The translations under genes were made by a program, and so were the position numbers. 64,000 nucleotides of DNA from Armatimonadota bacterium (GTDB lineage: Bacteria > Armatimonadota > SYMT01), in assembly GCA_041690135.1 (NCBI GenBank), contig JAWLHY010000007.1, positions 64,001 to 128,000 on the forward strand, in the 5' to 3' direction. Shown in pieces: positions 59,035 through 64,000 of the stretch. Below the pieces are notes generated by a model. That model saw only the letters and a program-made list of their open reading frames with translations. It was not told where the DNA came from and did not search any database. Position 1 is the first letter of the stretch, and each line of letters opens with the position of its first letter.

Positions 59035-60072
59035 TCACTCTGCGTTGCCGCACGACTGGCGCACTACCAGCCGCGTGGGAATCACGATGGTCTCCGGCAC
59101 CAGGTCCGGATCCGCAATTCGCGTGAAGAGACGCTCCGCCGCCCGCACTCCCATGTCGCGGGGCGCCTGGTTGACCGTGGTCAGGCCCAGGTAGCGCGCT
59201 TCCGGTTGTTCTCCGTATCCGACGACCGCGACGTCGCTCGGAATGACGAAACCATTCTCCCGGATGGCCACCACCGCCTCGGCCGCCAAGCGGTCGTTGG
59301 CGGCGAAAACGGCGGTCGGCGGCTCGGGTAGCCGGAGCAACTGCTCCATCCACTGTGCCGCATCCGGGCTGCTGAATGACCAGCCGATCACCAGCGAGGG
59401 ATCGTAGGGAATCCCTGCTTCGGCGAGCGCCTGCCGATAACCTTCTTCCCGCAGGCGAGCCGGTACCGCGCGCGTGCCCCCGGACAGGTGCCCGATCCGC
59501 CGGTGCCCGCGCTGCAGCAGGTGCCGCATCGCCGCGGCCGTGCCGTTCCGGTCGTCGCTGATCACGCAGTCTACCTGACCATCCGGGGGACAGTCGTCCA
59601 CCACGATGCAGGGTACCCCTTCCGAGAGCACCTCATCCAGAAGTTCCGCCGAGCGGTCGTGCGTGCGCCAGCTACCGACGTTGATCAGTCCCTCCACCCG
59701 GTTCTCCAGCAGCAGCCGCACCTGCTCCAACTCCCCCTGTGGGTCGTCCAGGGAGTAGGCCAGGAGCATTCGGAATTCGTAGCGGGAGCAGACTTCCTGG
59801 ATTCCGTTGACGATCTCGGCGTGGAAGCTGCTTTGCAGAGAGGGGACCACCACCCCCAGGGTCTGGGTGCGGTTGCGAACCAGGCTGCGGGCGATGCCGT
59901 TGCGGCGGTAACCCAGCTCCTCCGCCGCGAGCAGGATGCGCGCGCGGGTCGGTTCCGGGATGGTCACGTCCGACCGTCCGTTGAGCACGTACGAAACCGT
60001 GGTGCGCGAGAACCCCGCGCGCCGCGCCACGTCCGCCATGCCGATCCTGGGTTTGATGCTGTTTGCGCTCAT
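59035..60072 (-). CDS. LacI family transcriptional regulator
   Basis: MADVARRAGFSRTTVSYVLNG HTH, LGYRRN.IARSL, periplasmic-binding-type core (PTAVFAAND, IPSDVAVVGY). Confidence 0.95.
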   Translation of the reverse strand: MSANSIKPRIGMADVARRAGFSRTTVSYVLNGRSDVTIPEPTRARILLAAEELGYRRNGIARSLVRNRTQTLGVVVPSLQSSFHAEIVNGIQEVCSRYEFRMLLAYSLDDPQGELEQVRLLLENRVEGLINVGSWRTHDRSAELLDEVLSEGVPCIVVDDCPPDGQVDCVISDDRNGTAAAMRHLLQRGHRRIGHLSGGTRAVPARLREEGYRQALAEAGIPYDPSLVIGWSFSSPDAAQWMEQLLRLPEPPTAVFAANDRLAAEAVVAIRENGFVIPSDVAVVGYGEQPEARYLGLTTVNQAPRDMGVRAAERLFTRIADPDLVPETIVIPTRLVVRQSCGNAE

Positions 60073-60077
60073 CCTGT

Positions 60078-60097
60078 TTATTGACACGTGTCAATAA
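60078..60097. promoter_or_regulatory. Perfect 20-bp palindrome TTATTGACAC|GTGTCAATAA, candidate LacI operator
   Basis: Even palindrome with central CG, 5 bp upstream of the lacI-family ATG; AT-rich in a GC-rich background. Confidence 0.8.
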
Positions 60098-60313
60098 CAA
60101 GTGTTGCGCAAGTTCGAGCCCACGCGCCGGTGTGTCTTGGTTGCTGATATGAGGCAAATCTGTTGGGATCGGCGCTGGAATATGCCACGGAAGCGTAGCC
60201 AAGGTATCCTGAACTCAAGACATTGACGACTGTTAGTCACAAAAGACGCTCGGTCGTTAAGCAACGGCGGGTCAGCCGCCGGCCAGGTCGTATCCACGAA
60301 AGGATCCACATCC

Positions 60314-60919
60314 ATGCTTCGATCCCTGAAGCGAGGGTTCACCCTCATTGAGCTGCTCGTAGTGATCGCTATTATCGCCATTCTCGCTGCTATCCTGTTC
60401 CCCGTGTTTGCACGGGCGCGAGAGGCCGCCCGGCAATCAAGCTGCAACAGCAACGCCAAGCAGATGGGCACTGCCCTCGCCATGTACATGCAGGACTACG
60501 ACGGCATCACGTTCAGCAGTCCGTGGGGCGGTCAGGGGGCGCCGTGGTGGGACCTCATCACGCCCTACACCAAAAATCGCGGCATCTATCTCTGCCCCTC
60601 CGCCTCGCACACCGGCTACGGAGAGAACTGGCCCCGGAAGTTGACGAACCCCGTCGAAGGGAACCGGCGCTTCGGCTACATGTTCAGCGAGCACTTCCAC
60701 GCCCAGGGCATCAACGAGGCCGCCTTCCGCGAGCCCGCCGATGTCGCCGTGCTTGCCGACGGCCGCCACTCCATCAACGGCTGGACCTGGAACACCATTC
60801 GCGACAACTCCCGCCGCGGCGCCAACCACAACGAAGGCGTGAACGTCCTCTACGCCGACTGGCACGCCAAGTGGGTCCGCATCGACCGCACCCACCTCCT
60901 CCGCAGCGACCCCCGCTAA
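60314..60919 (+). CDS. Prepilin-type N-terminal cleavage/methylation DUF1559 protein with H-X9-DG-like C-terminus
   Basis: [38 protein letters not shown]; [16 protein letters not shown]. Confidence 0.93.
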   Translation: MLRSLKRGFTLIELLVVIAIIAILAAILFPVFARAREAARQSSCNSNAKQMGTALAMYMQDYDGITFSSPWGGQGAPWWDLITPYTKNRGIYLCPSASHTGYGENWPRKLTNPVEGNRRFGYMFSEHFHAQGINEAAFREPADVAVLADGRHSINGWTWNTIRDNSRRGANHNEGVNVLYADWHAKWVRIDRTHLLRSDPR

Positions 60920-61350
60920 CCTCCTAACCGGCCCCACGCCGGACCAAACGCACCGAGGGGTAGAGCCAAGGCCCAGGGCCTTGGTTCTACCCCTGTTTCA
61001 TGGGTGAATGGAAGCGTATGGGCAGCCGTACGCCCGGCGGAGTTAGGGCTGTGCTGGCCCTTCTCTGAACCAGATGAGCGCCGGCGATCCCTTACTCGCG
61101 CGAGTAGCCGCGGACTTGTCAGGTACAGGCACGGACGGCGGAGTTTGGCGTCGCTACAACGAGACGGAACCGTAACGGCCAGTGTTGGTGGAGGGTTCGT
61201 CCGAAACGGCGGCCGGCGAAAGCCCGTCTCAGGATCGAGCCGCACGGTTGGTGCGGCAATAGTTGCTGGATTGCGACGGGTCGACCCCGAATTTGGCCGT
61301 GGGCCGCGGTGCGATATCGTGCGCCGAAGTTAGTGGAGTTTGCTGAGACG

Positions 61351-61845
61351 ATGAAGCTGAACCGACTTGCCGTGACTTTTGCCGCGCTCGTGTGTGTTTC
61401 CACTGCTGCAATCCGCGTTGTCGCGGACTCGGCACCCACGCACCCCTTCGATCCGAACCTGGGCGCTATCCGCGCGTCCGGGTCCTGGAGGGGAACCACC
61501 TTTATCCTGGTCACGGGGGAAGGCCGGGGTGTTGCGCTTCCGGCCCTGGTGGATGTGCCTTACGGGTCCGATGCAAATACGGTGCCGCCGCCCGACTACG
61601 GCCCGAAGGGGTTCTGGATGGAGATCGATCCCGGCAAGTACACGCTGATCGCGGCTGCTCCGGATAAGCGGAAGGCGCAGGTCAACTTTGAAGTGGGGAA
61701 GGGCCAGGAGATCTGGTTGCGGGCCGACCTGGAGCCCCAGAAGAGCAAGTTCGCGGTTTCGGAACCCCTGGACCAGAAGACCGGGCCTACCTGGAGCAAG
61801 CGGGACCTAATCCCCGTGCTGCAGAAGCTACGCTGGCGCCAATAG
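61351..61845 (+). CDS. Hypothetical secreted protein
   Basis: GGAG RBS, signal peptide, beta-rich (PGKYTL) PEGA/Ig-like segment. Confidence 0.6.
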   Translation: MKLNRLAVTFAALVCVSTAAIRVVADSAPTHPFDPNLGAIRASGSWRGTTFILVTGEGRGVALPALVDVPYGSDANTVPPPDYGPKGFWMEIDPGKYTLIAAAPDKRKAQVNFEVGKGQEIWLRADLEPQKSKFAVSEPLDQKTGPTWSKRDLIPVLQKLRWRQ

Positions 61846-61965
61846 TCATCATTGATCGGCGCGTGGCGGTAGAGAGCGCCTCGCGGATCCGGACCGGGTG
61901 TGTGGGAGACGTCTCAAAAGGCGACTATCGTTGCCGGTAAGCCCCTTGCCTCGTACAATAGCGGC

Positions 61966-63213
61966 ATGAATTGGCCTAAAGTCTTCTCCCGAACTTCGGA
62001 TTCACGGGTTCGCGCCGCGGGGCTGGGTGTGGCAGCGCTGACCGGAGTGGTCGTCTGTGCTGGTGTTGCCCGGTCGCAGCAGCCTTCCGCCGCCGACCGA
62101 AGGGAGCGCTTCCGTGTGATGTCCCGGGAAGCCGAAGCTCGGGGGCTGGCCGAACCGTTCAAGGGGATCACCACGAACGGGAAGGTCATCCCCGACCTGT
62201 TCCGCGTCCGCTCGACCGGGGTCTCGACCGCGCCGGTCCGCCGGGCGGCCGAGGGGTTCCTGAACGCGCTCTCGCCGGAGCAGCGAGCCAGGACCACGTT
62301 CGCGGTCAACGATCCGGAGTGGCGGAAGTGGATGAACCAGCACTTCTATGTCCGCCAGGGTGTCAGTTTCAAGGAGATGTCCGAGCCGCAGCGGGAGGCC
62401 GCCCAGGGGCTGCTGCGGGCGGCCCTGAGCGCCAAGGGGCTCCGGCAGACCCGGGATGTGATGCGGCTGAACCATACCCTCGGGGAGATGACCAACAACT
62501 TCGAGGAATATGGCGAAGATCTCTACTGGATCACCGTGATGGGTCAGCCGTCCGCAAAGGAGCCCTGGGGCTGGCAGTTGGACGGCCACCACCTGAACAT
62601 CAACTACTTCGTACTCGGAGACCAGGTGGTTATGACCCCCGCGTTCTTCGGGTCCGAGCCTGTGATCGCCCGCTCTGGGAAGTACAAAGGGACAGCCGTC
62701 TTGCAGTCCGAGCAGGCAAAAGGCCTGGCATTGATCAACGCGCTGGACGCCGGGCAGCGCCAGAAAGCGATTCTCCCCGTCTCAAAGACCGGCAACAACA
62801 ATGTCGCGGAGGCGTTCAAGGACAACATCGTGCTCGACTACGCCGGAATCCGGGCGACCGAGCTCTCGAGGCGGGAGCGAGAACGACTCCTCGCACTGAT
62901 TGGAGAGCACGTCGGGAACATGGCCGAGGGGCACGCCAGGGTGAAGATGTCGGAGGTCCGGAAGCACCTCGACGACACGTGGTTCGCCTGGATTGGGGGG
63001 ACGGAGCCGGACAGCGTCTTCTACTACCGCGTGCAGAGCCCGGTGATCCTCGTCGAGTTCGACCACCAACTCCCGATCGCCCTTCGCGACCTGCCCCGGG
63101 TGCCCAACCGGGAGCACATCCATTCGGTCGTCCGGACGCCTAACGGGAACGACTACGGGAAGGACCTGCTGCGGCAGCACTACGAACGCCATCCCCATCC
63201 CCACAACCACTAG
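61966..63213 (+). CDS. DUF3500 family secreted protein
   Basis: [62 protein letters not shown]; His-rich tail. Confidence 0.85.
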   Translation: MNWPKVFSRTSDSRVRAAGLGVAALTGVVVCAGVARSQQPSAADRRERFRVMSREAEARGLAEPFKGITTNGKVIPDLFRVRSTGVSTAPVRRAAEGFLNALSPEQRARTTFAVNDPEWRKWMNQHFYVRQGVSFKEMSEPQREAAQGLLRAALSAKGLRQTRDVMRLNHTLGEMTNNFEEYGEDLYWITVMGQPSAKEPWGWQLDGHHLNINYFVLGDQVVMTPAFFGSEPVIARSGKYKGTAVLQSEQAKGLALINALDAGQRQKAILPVSKTGNNNVAEAFKDNIVLDYAGIRATELSRRERERLLALIGEHVGNMAEGHARVKMSEVRKHLDDTWFAWIGGTEPDSVFYYRVQSPVILVEFDHQLPIALRDLPRVPNREHIHSVVRTPNGNDYGKDLLRQHYERHPHPHNH

Positions 63214-63307
63214 GGAAGCTGCTGTTGGGGCGACGCCGCACTCCCTCACTGCCGGTGACTTCGAAGCCGATGCCTCGCCGGAGGGTTTCCCCCTCCAGAA
63301 CCTCTCT

Positions 63308-64000
63308 TCAGTCCGCAAGAAAGGCCAGAAAAGGCGCCGGGACATCGGGATCTTCCGTTCGGGCACGGTAGGAGTCGCCTCCCGGACCGATATCGAACAG
63401 CCAACGGGCCAGTTCGTTGGCCCCTTCCTCTGGGGCCAAGTCTAGGGTGCGAACAGCATCTTCCAATTGCCCGCGGACAGCTTCCGGCTCCACACCGTAG
63501 AGGACTGCGGGAATGAGGAGGAGGAGCGCAGCGGCTGCCAGCTTGGGGTCGCCGGACTCCTGTTCCACTCCCTTCGCGATCCGGGTCACATCCGACCAGC
63601 GGAGTTCTGGCTCCCAGCCCTGCCCGTAGTGACCGGCAAGGATGACCGGCTCAGTATCCGGTGCGGGGTATAAGCAGAACAGTATGCACGCGTCCTCGGG
63701 CACGTCGTGGTATTCCATCGTGACTTTCCGCCCGCCCGGGAGGGGCAGTGGTAGCCGGTAGCAGGGGTAGCTAGGAGCCTGTTCCCCACGTTCCACGAAT
63801 TCCCGGTCCCCGAACTCCCGCTTTCCGAACTCCTCCAGCGTGTCCGGAGAAAGCGCCATCAGAGCGTAAAGGTCCGGGTGTGGGTCCTCTTCCCCCGCGC
63901 CTCTGGCAATGGTGACGAAATGGTAGCCCCAGTACTCCCGCAAGCGCAGCAAGTCCGGGCGATCCAGGTAGCGTGGTTCGCACACGAAAGACTCTTGATC
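63308..64000 (-). CDS. Hypothetical protein (frame open to the window edge; 5' end may be missing)
   Basis: At least 225 codons, no stop between 63985 and 64000 in this frame; acidic, no recognised motif. Confidence 0.55.
   Translation of the reverse strand, partial: DQESFVCEPRYLDRPDLLRLREYWGYHFVTIARGAGEEDPHPDLYALMALSPDTLEEFGKREFGDREFVERGEQAPSYPCYRLPLPLPGGRKVTMEYHDVPEDACILFCLYPAPDTEPVILAGHYGQGWEPELRWSDVTRIAKGVEQESGDPKLAAAALLLLIPAVLYGVEPEAVRGQLEDAVRTLDLAPEEGANELARWLFDIGPGGDSYRARTEDPDVPAPFLAFLAD

Overview
GC-rich bacterial chromosomal window with about 45 genes and no rRNA, tRNA, CRISPR array or intact transposase. The DUF1559/prepilin-type gene with the '[19 protein letters not shown]' signature, together with many planctomycete-type cytochrome c (DUF1549/DUF1553) and DUF1501 genes, suggests an Armatimonadota-like (or PVC-like) organism; this is inference. 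Recognisable housekeeping and transport genes: TerC/Alx behind a yybP-ykoY Mn riboswitch, htpX, CstA, GntP, an ActP-like symporter with its small partner, purH, a cold-shock protein, a two-component pair and an ECF sigma factor. Notable points: (1) five DUF1549/DUF1553 heme-protein genes and three Tat-signal DUF1501 genes, with different accessory domains at different positions; one module sits behind a LacI regulator with a perfect 20-bp palindromic operator, and another is a 4-gene operon with a cytochrome inserted into a PPC-repeat protein; (2) several families of degenerate 7- and 8-mer tandem repeats that occur between genes and also as in-frame insertions at recurrent loops of these proteins; (3) an AAA+ ATPase paired with a vWA protein carrying a duplicated (dead + intact) metallopeptidase domain; (4) a membrane Zn-ribbon protein with what looks like an inactivated GTPase domain. 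All family assignments come from recognising motifs by eye; no database search was run.
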